Notes under the pieces: model-generated
Told to the model about the DNA's origin: nothing
Database searches by the model: none
The model's input: only the letters and a program-made list of their open reading frames with translations
Source: Clostridia bacterium
GTDB lineage: Bacteria; Bacillota; Clostridia; Oscillospirales; Acutalibacteraceae
Reading direction: 5' to 3'
Assembly (NCBI GenBank): GCA_017936365.1
Contig: JAGBFS010000021.1
Location: 1 to 55,699 of the forward strand
Length of the DNA stretch: 55,699 bases
Shown here: in pieces, positions 36,001 through 44,385 of the stretch
Layout: the number at the start of each line of letters is the position of its first letter
Position numbering within the stretch: the stretch's first letter is position 1
Position numbers and translations under genes: made by a program

Positions 36001-36768
36001 TTATCTGTTTTTCTTTATTAATTCCTTCGCCAGTGATCTGTAAGCATCTGTTCCCTTACATCTCTTATCAAAATAGTTTATCGGCTGACCAAAGCTTGGT
36101 GCCTCCGATATTCTTACCGTCCTTGGAATTACCGTTTTAAATACTTGTCTTGGGAAGAATTTTTTGACCTGTGCCGCAACCTCCTGCGTAAGATTCAAAC
36201 GACTGTCATACATTGTCATAAGAACACCTTCTGTTTCAAGCTGTTCATTATACAATCTTTTTACCTTACCAACAGTATTTGTAAGCTGGGACAGACCCTC
36301 CAAAGCATAATATTCGCACTGAATAGGTATAATTACTGAATCGGCCGCAGTTAAAGCATTCACGGTTATCAGACCAAGTGATGGCGGACAATCAATAATA
36401 ATGAAATCAAAAAGATCTCTTACATGCGCTAATGCTGATTTCAATCGTTTTTCTCTCGATGTAATAGAAACAAGCTCTATTTCCGCACCCGCAAGCTCCA
36501 TACAAGCAGGAATGATCCATACATTTTTGAATTCAGTCTGAATCATAGTATTTTCTGCATTAGCTTCACCAAGAATCAGCTCATAGGAAGACGCTTCTTT
36601 TCCTCTTTTCTTCTCTATTCCCATTCCTGATGTTGCATTTCCCTGCGGATCAATGTCCACAAGCAGGCACTTTTTTCCCAATTCACCAAGAGCAGACGTA
36701 AGATTAACCGATGTGGTTGTTTTTCCTACTCCACCCTTCTGATTGGCTATTGCAATAATTTTTCCCAT
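36001..36768 (-). CDS. soj: Chromosome partitioning ATPase ParA/Soj
   Basis: IAIANQKGGVGKTTT deviant Walker A. ATG at 36768 follows AGGAG; the track start at 36792 adds 8 residues. Confidence 0.93.
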   Translation of the reverse strand: MGKIIAIANQKGGVGKTTTSVNLTSALGELGKKCLLVDIDPQGNATSGMGIEKKRGKEASSYELILGEANAENTMIQTEFKNVWIIPACMELAGAEIELVSITSREKRLKSALAHVRDLFDFIIIDCPPSLGLITVNALTAADSVIIPIQCEYYALEGLSQLTNTVGKVKRLYNEQLETEGVLMTMYDSRLNLTQEVAAQVKKFFPRQVFKTVIPRTVRISEAPSFGQPINYFDKRCKGTDAYRSLAKELIKKNR

Positions 36769-36868
36769 TCCATATAGTCTCCTGTATTGCAAAATATCGT
36801 TACTTAATTATAGCACACCTATATTTAAAAATAAAGGCGTTTTACTAAATTAATAAACAAAAAAGGAA

Positions 36869-36884
36869 TGTTTCACGTGAAACA
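36869..36884. promoter_or_regulatory. parS: parS site (TGTTTCACGTGAAACA), at the centre of a 40-bp perfect palindrome (36857-36896) that can also act as the rsmG terminator
   Basis: Exact match to the Firmicute parS consensus TGTTNCACGTGAAACA. Located in the rsmG-parA intergenic region. Confidence 0.85.
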
Positions 36885-36903
36885 TTCCTTTTTTGTTTAC
36901 TCA

Positions 36904-37638
36904 TCATAACGGTTTTTTCTTGATTGCGGCAGATCTCCTCGGGTATTTATCAGGAGTTGCCCCGATTTTTCTCATAATAAGTATATTTCTTTCAGATTCA
37001 TCTGGCAGAATAATTTTTTCCATATCCTCAATTACAACATTTAACTCACTCATTGCATTTTTTGCTTCTGCAATCTCGTTTTCTGCATTTTTACCTTTCA
37101 TTGCAACAAAAAAGCCGCCGACTTTAATTAAAGGAACACACAATTCTGTAAGCGTATTAAGTGAGGCTACAGCACGCGATACAGCAAAGTCGTATTTTTC
37201 TCTGTGGTTTTCGTTTTTTGCCGCTTCTTCTGCTCTCGAACAAACAACCTTAGGACTATGTGCATAACCCTCCCCTATTTCAGCTATCAAATCAATCAGA
37301 TAATTTATTTTCTTTTCCGAGCTGTCAAGAAGTGTAGATTGATTTTCTTTCAATGCAAGCGCAGCAATCGTGCCCGGAAAACCTGCACCCGTTCCAACAT
37401 CAATTACACTTCCAAGCTTATTGATTTTAGAAATCACCGGTACAATTGTAAGAGAATCGATAAAATGCTTGTTTATTATATCATTTGGTTCAAGAATTGC
37501 TGTGAGATTATAACATTTATTCTTTTCAACAAGCTGTTCAGCAATAAAATCATAATATTTCAGCATACCTTCCGGGATAACTATTCCATACTTCTCTGCC
37601 GTTATTTTTAAATTATTAGTATCAATCATATTAGTCAT
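36904..37638 (-). CDS. rsmG: 16S rRNA (guanine527-N7)-methyltransferase RsmG
   Basis: DVGTGAGFPG SAM loop and gidB-family layout. Downstream of mnmG. Confidence 0.92.
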   Translation of the reverse strand: MTNMIDTNNLKITAEKYGIVIPEGMLKYYDFIAEQLVEKNKCYNLTAILEPNDIINKHFIDSLTIVPVISKINKLGSVIDVGTGAGFPGTIAALALKENQSTLLDSSEKKINYLIDLIAEIGEGYAHSPKVVCSRAEEAAKNENHREKYDFAVSRAVASLNTLTELCVPLIKVGGFFVAMKGKNAENEIAEAKNAMSELNVVIEDMEKIILPDESERNILIMRKIGATPDKYPRRSAAIKKKPL

Positions 37639-37641
37639 CCC

Positions 37642-39513
37642 TTAACAATGAAATTTTGCTTTCAGATATATCATAAGCACAGAAACATCGGCTGGTGAGA
37701 CACCGGAAATTCTTGAAGCCTGTCCGACATTAATAGGTCTGAATTTTTTTAATTTTTCTGTTGCTTCAAGTCTCAATCCTTTGACATCATCATAATCAAT
37801 GTCTTTTGGTATAATTTTTCTTTCCAAGCGCTTTAATTCATTGATCTGATCCATCTGTCGCTTGATATACCCTTCGTATTTTATCTCTACTTCAGCCTGC
37901 TCCAATATCTGTTGTGGTATATCAGGTCTTGTTATATCTACCTCTTCAAGTGATTTGTAATTAATCTGCGGTCTTTTCAATAAATCAGCCAGCCTTACAC
38001 CCGTTTCTACAGGTGTTGTTTCACGTGAAACAAGTATCTCATTTAGCTTTTCAGACGGTGAAATAGTTGTCTTTTTTGCTCTTTCTATTTCTTCATACTT
38101 TAAAGCTATATTTCTTTTAAAAATCTCATAACTTTCCTTACTCAACAATCCTATCTCATACCCTATTTCTGAAAGGCGCTCCTGTGCATTATCCTGGCGT
38201 AAAACCAATCTGTATTCCGAACGCGAGGTCATCATACGATATGGATCCATAACACCCTTTGTTACAAGATCATCAATTAAAGTACCAATATAGCTATTTG
38301 AACGACTGAAAATTATCGGTTCAAGCTTTTTTACTTTTCTTGCGGCATTTATACCGGCAACTAAACCCTGAGCAGCAGCTTCCTCATATCCGGATGACCC
38401 ATTAAACTGTCCAGCTCCGAAAAGGCCTTCAAATTCTTTAAATTCCAAAGAAGGATACATTTCGGTTGGATCAATACAATCATACTCGATAGCATAAGCT
38501 GATCTCATTATTTTCACGTTTTCCATTCCATCCATTGTCCTATACAGACTTATCTGAACATCTTCAGGCAATGAACTTGAAATACCCTGTAAATACATTT
38601 CATCAGTATTTATTCCACAAGGCTCTATAAAACATTGATGCCTTGGTTTATCCGGAAATCTTACTATTTTATCCTCTATGCTCGGACAGTATCTCGGCCC
38701 AACACCTTCAATCATTCCACCATACAGCGGCGATCTATGTAAATTATCCTTTATAACTTTTTTAGTATTGTCATTTGTCCAACTGATATAACATTTTACC
38801 TTATTTTCTATCTCATTCTCGGTTGCAGAAGAAAATGGTATAGGATCTTCATCACCACACTGCTCATCAAGCCCACTAAAATCAATTGAGCTCTTTAAAA
38901 CTCTCGCAGGCGTTCCGGTCTTAAATCTTCTTAATTTCAGACCAAGCTCTTTCATAGATTGGCTGAGCTGTGTTGCAGCAAACATACCGTCAGGACCACT
39001 TTCATAATTAACATCGCCGACAAAAACTCTTCCCCCAAGGTATGTACCGGTAGCAATGATAACACATGAAACATCATGCTGCGCACCAAGTCTTGTAGTA
39101 AGAGTCCACCCGTTGTTTGTTCTTTCAATCGCTACAATTTCAGCCTGACGCAAAAGAAGATTTTCCTGCTTTTCAAGAGTATGCTTCATATACTCGCTGT
39201 ACATTTTCCTGTCTACCTGAACACGCATACTGTGAACAGCCGGACCTTTTCCTCTGTTCAGCATACGACTCTGTATTGTGGACACATCGGCTGCCTTACC
39301 CATCTCTCCGCCAAGGGCATCTATTTCAAAAACAAGATGTCCTTTTGCAGTTCCTCCTATCGCTGGATTGCATGGGAGATTACCGACACTATCCATATTG
39401 ATTGTAAAAATTACAGTTTTACAGCCAAGTCTTGCCGAAGCCAAAGCTGCCTCTATTCCGGCATGTCCTGCTCCTATAACTGCAACATCATATTCTTCTG
39501 CTTTGTAATTCAT
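37642..39513 (-). CDS. mnmG: tRNA uridine 5-carboxymethylaminomethyl modification enzyme MnmG (GidA)
   Basis: YDV.VIGAGHAG.EAA FAD motif, full-length 623 aa. Confidence 0.95.
   Translation of the reverse strand: MNYKAEEYDVAVIGAGHAGIEAALASARLGCKTVIFTINMDSVGNLPCNPAIGGTAKGHLVFEIDALGGEMGKAADVSTIQSRMLNRGKGPAVHSMRVQVDRKMYSEYMKHTLEKQENLLLRQAEIVAIERTNNGWTLTTRLGAQHDVSCVIIATGTYLGGRVFVGDVNYESGPDGMFAATQLSQSMKELGLKLRRFKTGTPARVLKSSIDFSGLDEQCGDEDPIPFSSATENEIENKVKCYISWTNDNTKKVIKDNLHRSPLYGGMIEGVGPRYCPSIEDKIVRFPDKPRHQCFIEPCGINTDEMYLQGISSSLPEDVQISLYRTMDGMENVKIMRSAYAIEYDCIDPTEMYPSLEFKEFEGLFGAGQFNGSSGYEEAAAQGLVAGINAARKVKKLEPIIFSRSNSYIGTLIDDLVTKGVMDPYRMMTSRSEYRLVLRQDNAQERLSEIGYEIGLLSKESYEIFKRNIALKYEEIERAKKTTISPSEKLNEILVSRETTPVETGVRLADLLKRPQINYKSLEEVDITRPDIPQQILEQAEVEIKYEGYIKRQMDQINELKRLERKIIPKDIDYDDVKGLRLEATEKLKKFRPINVGQASRISGVSPADVSVLMIYLKAKFHC
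38007..38022. promoter_or_regulatory. parS: Second perfect parS 16-mer, inside the mnmG coding sequence
   Basis: TGTTTCACGTGAAACA, identical to the site at 36869. It encodes part of ...VSRETTP... Confidence 0.8.
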
Positions 39514-39567
39514 AAATTATATCTTGCCTTTCGCATCAAATCTGATTAACTTTCAGAATCAAATTAA

Positions 39568-40932
39568 CTATTTGCCTATACAGAATTTTGAGAATATCTC
39601 ATTTACTATTTCTTCTGAAACCCTCTCTCCTGTCAACTCAAATAATTTTTCAAGGGCGTTGTCAATTGAAACATTTATTGCATCAAATGTCATTCCGTAT
39701 TTTGTGTCATCAATAGCCTTGCCAATATTTTCAAGGGCAATTTTTGCACAATAAAGTTGTCTTTCATTTATTATAATTCCGCTTGCAGCATCCAAATTCT
39801 CAAGCTGGGTTACGGATAAAATACTCTTTTTTAATTCTTCAATACCCAGCTCTTCACGAGCTGATATATAAACTGTATGTTTTATTTTATTTAAAATATA
39901 CTTATCGTCTATTTTTTTATTCTTATCTGACTTATTTATAATAGCAATAGAAGGTCTCCCTGCTATCATATCAATAAGCTCAATATCCTCTTTTTGCAGT
40001 TCTTCCGAACTGTCAAATAAGGCGAGTATTAATTGAGCTGTTTCAATAGCTTTCTTTGCACGTTCTACACCTATAGTTTCAACTTTATCATTTGTTTCTC
40101 TTATACCTGCTGTATCACTCAATAACAAAACACAGCCATCAACATTAACAGATTCATCAACCGTATCACGCGTTGTACCGGGTATATCGGTAACTATGCT
40201 CTTTTCTTTTCCTGAAAGAAGATTCATCAAAGTAGATTTACCGACATTAGGACGTCCGCATATTACCGTTCTTATACCTTCCTGTATAAGACATCCATAT
40301 TTACCGGCTTCAACAACTTCGGTAAGCTTTTCTTCAGCCTTTTCTAGTGATTTTATTAATTCATCTTCAGTTACAACAGGCGTATCGTCCTCCGGAAAAT
40401 CACTCCATGCCGCAAGAGTAGCATCTATATCCTTCAGCATATTGCATATTTCAGCTATATTTTTTGAAAGCTTGCCTTCCCTTGCAGCCATCGCAGCCAT
40501 TGCACTTTGTTTTCCATTGGAGGACACTATATTCATAACAGATTCTGCCTGAGTCAAAGACATCTTACCGTTTTCAAATGCTCTCTTTGTAAATTCTCCT
40601 GCTTGTGCAGGTCTTGCTCCGGCATCAATACAGGCTTTCAAAGTCATCTCTGTGGAATATCTTCCTCCGTGGCAGGATAGTTCAACAACATCCTCACCGG
40701 TATAGCTATGCGGTGAAATAAAAACAAGAGCCACTGCTTCATCAGAAAAATCATTTTTTCCTTCAACTCTACCATACATAGCATGATATCCGGAAAGCGA
40801 AGCTAATTTTTTACCGGAAACAGATTTAAAAACCTTGTCCCCTATTTCTACAGCATTATTTCCCGAAATTCTTATTACACCTATACCTCCGGGATCCTGA
40901 CCGGTTGCAATGGCAGCAATGGTTTCGCTCAT
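39568..40932 (-). CDS. mnmE: tRNA modification GTPase MnmE
   Basis: TIAAIAT N-terminus, GRPNVGKS G1 motif, DTAG, and the invariant C-terminal FCIGK followed by TAG. ATG at 40932. Confidence 0.95.
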   Translation of the reverse strand: MSETIAAIATGQDPGGIGVIRISGNNAVEIGDKVFKSVSGKKLASLSGYHAMYGRVEGKNDFSDEAVALVFISPHSYTGEDVVELSCHGGRYSTEMTLKACIDAGARPAQAGEFTKRAFENGKMSLTQAESVMNIVSSNGKQSAMAAMAAREGKLSKNIAEICNMLKDIDATLAAWSDFPEDDTPVVTEDELIKSLEKAEEKLTEVVEAGKYGCLIQEGIRTVICGRPNVGKSTLMNLLSGKEKSIVTDIPGTTRDTVDESVNVDGCVLLLSDTAGIRETNDKVETIGVERAKKAIETAQLILALFDSSEELQKEDIELIDMIAGRPSIAIINKSDKNKKIDDKYILNKIKHTVYISAREELGIEELKKSILSVTQLENLDAASGIIINERQLYCAKIALENIGKAIDDTKYGMTFDAINVSIDNALEKLFELTGERVSEEIVNEIFSKFCIGK

Positions 40933-41020
40933 TTTTTCATTCCTCTTCTCACGAAAAATAAAAATGATATTTAAAAAAATCAAAGCCGACCAAAGTTACC
41001 TCCGGCCGGCTGATAATAAA

Positions 41021-42091
41021 TTATTCGCTGTCGTTATTCTCACTGCTCTTCGGCACGGTAATACGTCCGTAAAGCGGAGCTGTTGTATCCTTTTTAGGAT
41101 TTGTGTTAGGCACAGCGGCTGAATTATTATTGCGATATGATGACTTGGAATAATTATTGGAATAGGTCTTTATACCATTCCTATTCTTGTTATATCCACC
41201 GCGATCACGATTATAACCACCTCTGCGGTCTCTGTTGTAACCGCCCTTATTATAACCGCCTCTGCCTCCGCGATTGAAATTAACGGAGAGACCATCCTCG
41301 CCTTCTGCAAGACCGGTGGGTCCTATAACAACATGACGCTTTGCACCTTCATCAACCGACCAGCTTGAAACACCGTCGATCTTCTGAACTGCTGTGTGGA
41401 TAATTCTTCTCTCATAAGGATTCAAAGCTTCAAGAGCAAGATTCTTATTTATCTTCAAAGCTCTTGCAGCAGTTTTCCTTGCGAGATTTTCAAGATAACT
41501 TTCGCGCTTTTCTCTGTAATTTCCAATATTGAGAGAAATTCTGAAATAATCATCATCGCCGTTATTTGCGGCAAGACTTACAAGATACTGAAGAGAAGTC
41601 AAAACTTCGCCTCTTCTGCCGATTATAGTACCGAGTCCTTCGCCGGTCAATTCAAGAACAGCACCATTTTTCTCGTCCGTAGAAGGCTTAACAGCTATGT
41701 TGACCTTCTTCATATCCATACAATCAAGTATTGTTCTGAGATAATCACGGGCTATTATTGCCTGCTTCTGAATCTCTTCAGGCTGTGAAACAGCTTCACT
41801 TGCATCAGCAATTATTTCTGTTTTTTCTTTTTTTTCGACAGACTTTACTTCTTCTTTTTTAACAACAGGCTCTGCTTTTTTGATTTTTTCAACCGGTTTT
41901 TCTTCCGGCTCTTCAATTTCGAAATAAACCCTTACTTTTGCAGGAGCTCCTCCGAAAAGACCGAAAGTTTTGCTTTTGGGGTATTCCAATACCTCCACAC
42001 CGACATCATCGCGTGACACTCCAAGCTCACGGCAGCCTTTTTCAATAGCTTCTTCCGTGGTTGTGCCGGTTACCACGACTTCTTTTAACAC
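41021..42091 (-). CDS. jag: Jag/KhpB-type RNA-binding protein (Jag_N + KH + R3H) with a KE-rich linker and a roughly 90-aa RGG/GYN-rich tail
   Basis: N-terminal Jag_N, GRRGE..SLQYL KH region, PYERRIIH R3H motif. The tail reads GGRGGYNKGGYNRDRRGGYNRDRGGYNKNRN. Confidence 0.85.
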   Translation of the reverse strand: MLKEVVVTGTTTEEAIEKGCRELGVSRDDVGVEVLEYPKSKTFGLFGGAPAKVRVYFEIEEPEEKPVEKIKKAEPVVKKEEVKSVEKKEKTEIIADASEAVSQPEEIQKQAIIARDYLRTILDCMDMKKVNIAVKPSTDEKNGAVLELTGEGLGTIIGRRGEVLTSLQYLVSLAANNGDDDYFRISLNIGNYREKRESYLENLARKTAARALKINKNLALEALNPYERRIIHTAVQKIDGVSSWSVDEGAKRHVVIGPTGLAEGEDGLSVNFNRGGRGGYNKGGYNRDRRGGYNRDRGGYNKNRNGIKTYSNNYSKSSYRNNNSAAVPNTNPKKDTTAPLYGRITVPKSSENNDSE

Positions 42092-42166
42092 TATTTATTC
42101 ACCTTCCTGTAATGCCGTTTTTAACGGCAGATAATAACCTTTTTTACTTACCAACTTTTGATTTTT

Positions 42167-43243
42167 TTACTTTTTATTCTTTTTATTTTTATTGGATCCG
42201 CCCTGGATTCCAAGACCTTCAAACTTATCCTTCGGATACTCAGGTTTAATTATTATTTTACCCTTTTTTGCATTGATCTCATCAATTATTTTCTGCTCAT
42301 CCTGCTTTATCATTGCAACACGCTGTGCTTCAGCCTTTGCATTAAGAACCTGTGTACCAAAATACTTCTTTGTAATCCAGGACTGAACGGGAGCGATGCA
42401 GCTGCCGGTGATCCAGTAAAGAGCAAGAGCTGCAGGAACCATGAAAGAGAACCATGTGGACATAGCAGCCATACCATATGTCATAACGTTGGGGCTGCAG
42501 CCGCCTGCCGACTGATTGCTTACCTTGTTGATCTTGTTTGTGATCTGCATGCTGAGAACACTTGTTACAAATACAAGTATGGAGAAAATTATAAGAATAT
42601 TGATAGGATTCAAAGAAGGAGTTCCAAGAAGATCAAGACCGAGGAAACGGAAAGAATTGCTGCATTTCTCTATCTGCTTGATATATTCCGGTCCGATCGT
42701 ACCATTAAGCTTTTCCATGATTGCTGCGGCTGATGCACTGCCCGAAGCATTTCCGGAAGCGGTTTTTATAGTTTCACCAATATTGCGGATAATGTTGATT
42801 TCAGCGTAGCCTGTAGTTACATCTACATTGAACGCCTGATAAAGAGCAGTAATTACCTTTTCAGGCAAATGAAGAACGCAGGAAAGAGGATTTCTTATAG
42901 CCTCATAAAGACCAAAAAGGAGAGGCATCTGAATAAGCATGGGAAGACAGCCTGCGCTGGGAGATACGCCTTCCTTTGCATAAAGCTCCTGTACGGCTCT
43001 GTTATAGCCTTCCTTATCGTTCCCGTACTGTGTCTGAAGCTGCTTTAATTTAGGCTGCAGACGGCTCTGTGCTGCGGTTGATTTCTGCTGCTTGATATTG
43101 AGCGGAAACAGAAGGATTCGCGTAAAAATAGAAAACAGAATTATCGAAACACCGTAATTTTTGAATATGCTATAGAAAAAATAAATTACCCAACCGAATA
43201 TGTTACCGATAAGACTGAAAATTTCGGAGCATCCTGAACACAT
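42167..43243 (-). CDS. yidC: Membrane protein insertase YidC/SpoIIIJ family
   Basis: Polytopic. GCLP.L.Q.P...LY motif. Position between yidD and jag. Confidence 0.9.
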   Translation of the reverse strand: MCSGCSEIFSLIGNIFGWVIYFFYSIFKNYGVSIILFSIFTRILLFPLNIKQQKSTAAQSRLQPKLKQLQTQYGNDKEGYNRAVQELYAKEGVSPSAGCLPMLIQMPLLFGLYEAIRNPLSCVLHLPEKVITALYQAFNVDVTTGYAEINIIRNIGETIKTASGNASGSASAAAIMEKLNGTIGPEYIKQIEKCSNSFRFLGLDLLGTPSLNPINILIIFSILVFVTSVLSMQITNKINKVSNQSAGGCSPNVMTYGMAAMSTWFSFMVPAALALYWITGSCIAPVQSWITKKYFGTQVLNAKAEAQRVAMIKQDEQKIIDEINAKKGKIIIKPEYPKDKFEGLGIQGGSNKNKKNKK

Positions 43244-43279
43244 AATTTTTTAATTCCTCCCAAACTTAACTTTATCATT

Positions 43280-43573
43280 TTAAATATCATCTTCATCCGA
43301 ACCACAATCACAATCATGCATATCGGAATAATTTTCTACTTTTTTTCTTTTTCCAAAAAGCTTTTCGGGAACAGGATCATATCCGCCCTTAAATAGAGGA
43401 TTGCATCTGAGCAGTCTGAAAAAACCCAGAAAACATCCTATAAGACATCCATAACGGTCAACTGCCTGATATGTGTAACTTGAACAGGTGGGATAAAATC
43501 TGCAGCAAGGCGGTGTTCTTGGCGAAATTTTTTGCTGATACCACAATATCAGCTTCTTTGCAAGCTTTTTCAT
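43280..43573 (-). CDS. yidD: Membrane protein insertion efficiency factor YidD (with an acidic C-terminal extension)
   Basis: CRF.PTCS.Y...A....G...G.......R.LRC.P...GG.DP. Confidence 0.85.
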   Translation of the reverse strand: MKKLAKKLILWYQQKISPRTPPCCRFYPTCSSYTYQAVDRYGCLIGCFLGFFRLLRCNPLFKGGYDPVPEKLFGKRKKVENYSDMHDCDCGSDEDDI

Positions 43574-43896
43574 TGAATCAATCCGGCCTTTTTTAAATGA
43601 TCCCTCATCTGTTCAAGAACAACCTGCATTTTATCATGTGCTGTTTTTGTTCTTGCAACAAAAACGATATCCCAATTACCGCGGATATCGTTTTCAAGCT
43701 CTCTGAAAGCTGCTCTGATAACACGCCGTGCTCTGTTTCTGTCAACTGCACAGCCTATTTTTTTACCGGTCGTGATACCGACCCTTACAGATCCGTACTT
43801 TTTTTTGACGCAATAGGTTACAAGAGAAGGAGAGACAAAGCTTTTTCCCTTTGAATAAGCCCTTCTGAATTCATAATTCTCTTTTAACGATCTCAT
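43570..43896 (-). CDS. rnpA: RNase P protein component
   Basis: Basic 108-aa protein downstream of rpmH, with RNR.RR motif. 4-nt overlap with yidD. Confidence 0.9.
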   Translation of the reverse strand: MRSLKENYEFRRAYSKGKSFVSPSLVTYCVKKKYGSVRVGITTGKKIGCAVDRNRARRVIRAAFRELENDIRGNWDIVFVARTKTAHDKMQVVLEQMRDHLKKAGLIQ

Positions 43897-43985
43897 AGCG
43901 GAACCTTTAAAACAATAGTATAAAAGGCCACGCGAAGGTGGCCTCTGACCGTCGGTTAAATTTACCGTTCTTTATGGAAATTAGA

Positions 43986-44120
43986 TTAATAAGAGAGCTT
44001 TTTTCTGCCCTTTGCTCTGCGACGTGCAAGAACCTTGCGGCCATTTTTGGTGGACATTCTCTTTCTGAATCCATGTTCCTTTTTTCTCTGACGCTTCTTC
44101 GGCTGATAAGTTCTAAACAT
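43986..44120 (-). CDS. rpmH: 50S ribosomal protein L34
   Basis: [47 protein letters not shown] at 44120 follows AAGGAG; the track ORF is N-terminally over-extended. Confidence 0.95.
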   Translation of the reverse strand: MFRTYQPKKRQRKKEHGFRKRMSTKNGRKVLARRRAKGRKKLSY

Positions 44121-44157
44121 TGTATGCTTCTCCTTTCGCATTACTCTACAGAATAGA

Positions 44158-44186
44158 ATTATATCCGCATCTTGCCAAACTGTCAA
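44158..44186 (-). promoter_or_regulatory. Consensus sigma-A promoter of rpmH-rnpA
   Basis: Minus strand: TTGACA (44186-44181), 17-bp spacer, TATAAT (44163-44158). Confidence 0.7.
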
Positions 44187-44314
44187 CAAATTTTTTTTGT
44201 CACAAAAATTTTATTTTTCTCATAATAAAAGAAAAATCAATATTTGTTGTGCCTTTTGACATAATACAATACAATATTTTGCTAAAAATTTTTTTATCTT
44301 TTTTTATTTTATTG
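44187..44314. other. Extremely AT-rich tract between the divergent rpmH and dnaA promoters (candidate unwinding/oriC-associated region)
   Basis: Almost pure A/T with phased A/T runs. It lies at the point where gene orientation switches. Confidence 0.35.
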
Positions 44315-44343
44315 TTGGAATAAAAGTCTTTATATGCTATAAT
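44315..44343 (+). promoter_or_regulatory. dnaA promoter with extended -10
   Basis: TTGGAA (44315-44320), 17-bp spacer including TGc, TATAAT (44338-44343). Confidence 0.5.
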
Positions 44344-44385
44344 ATTGTAGTTATTATAAATCATTATATAAGGAGCGATTTTCAT

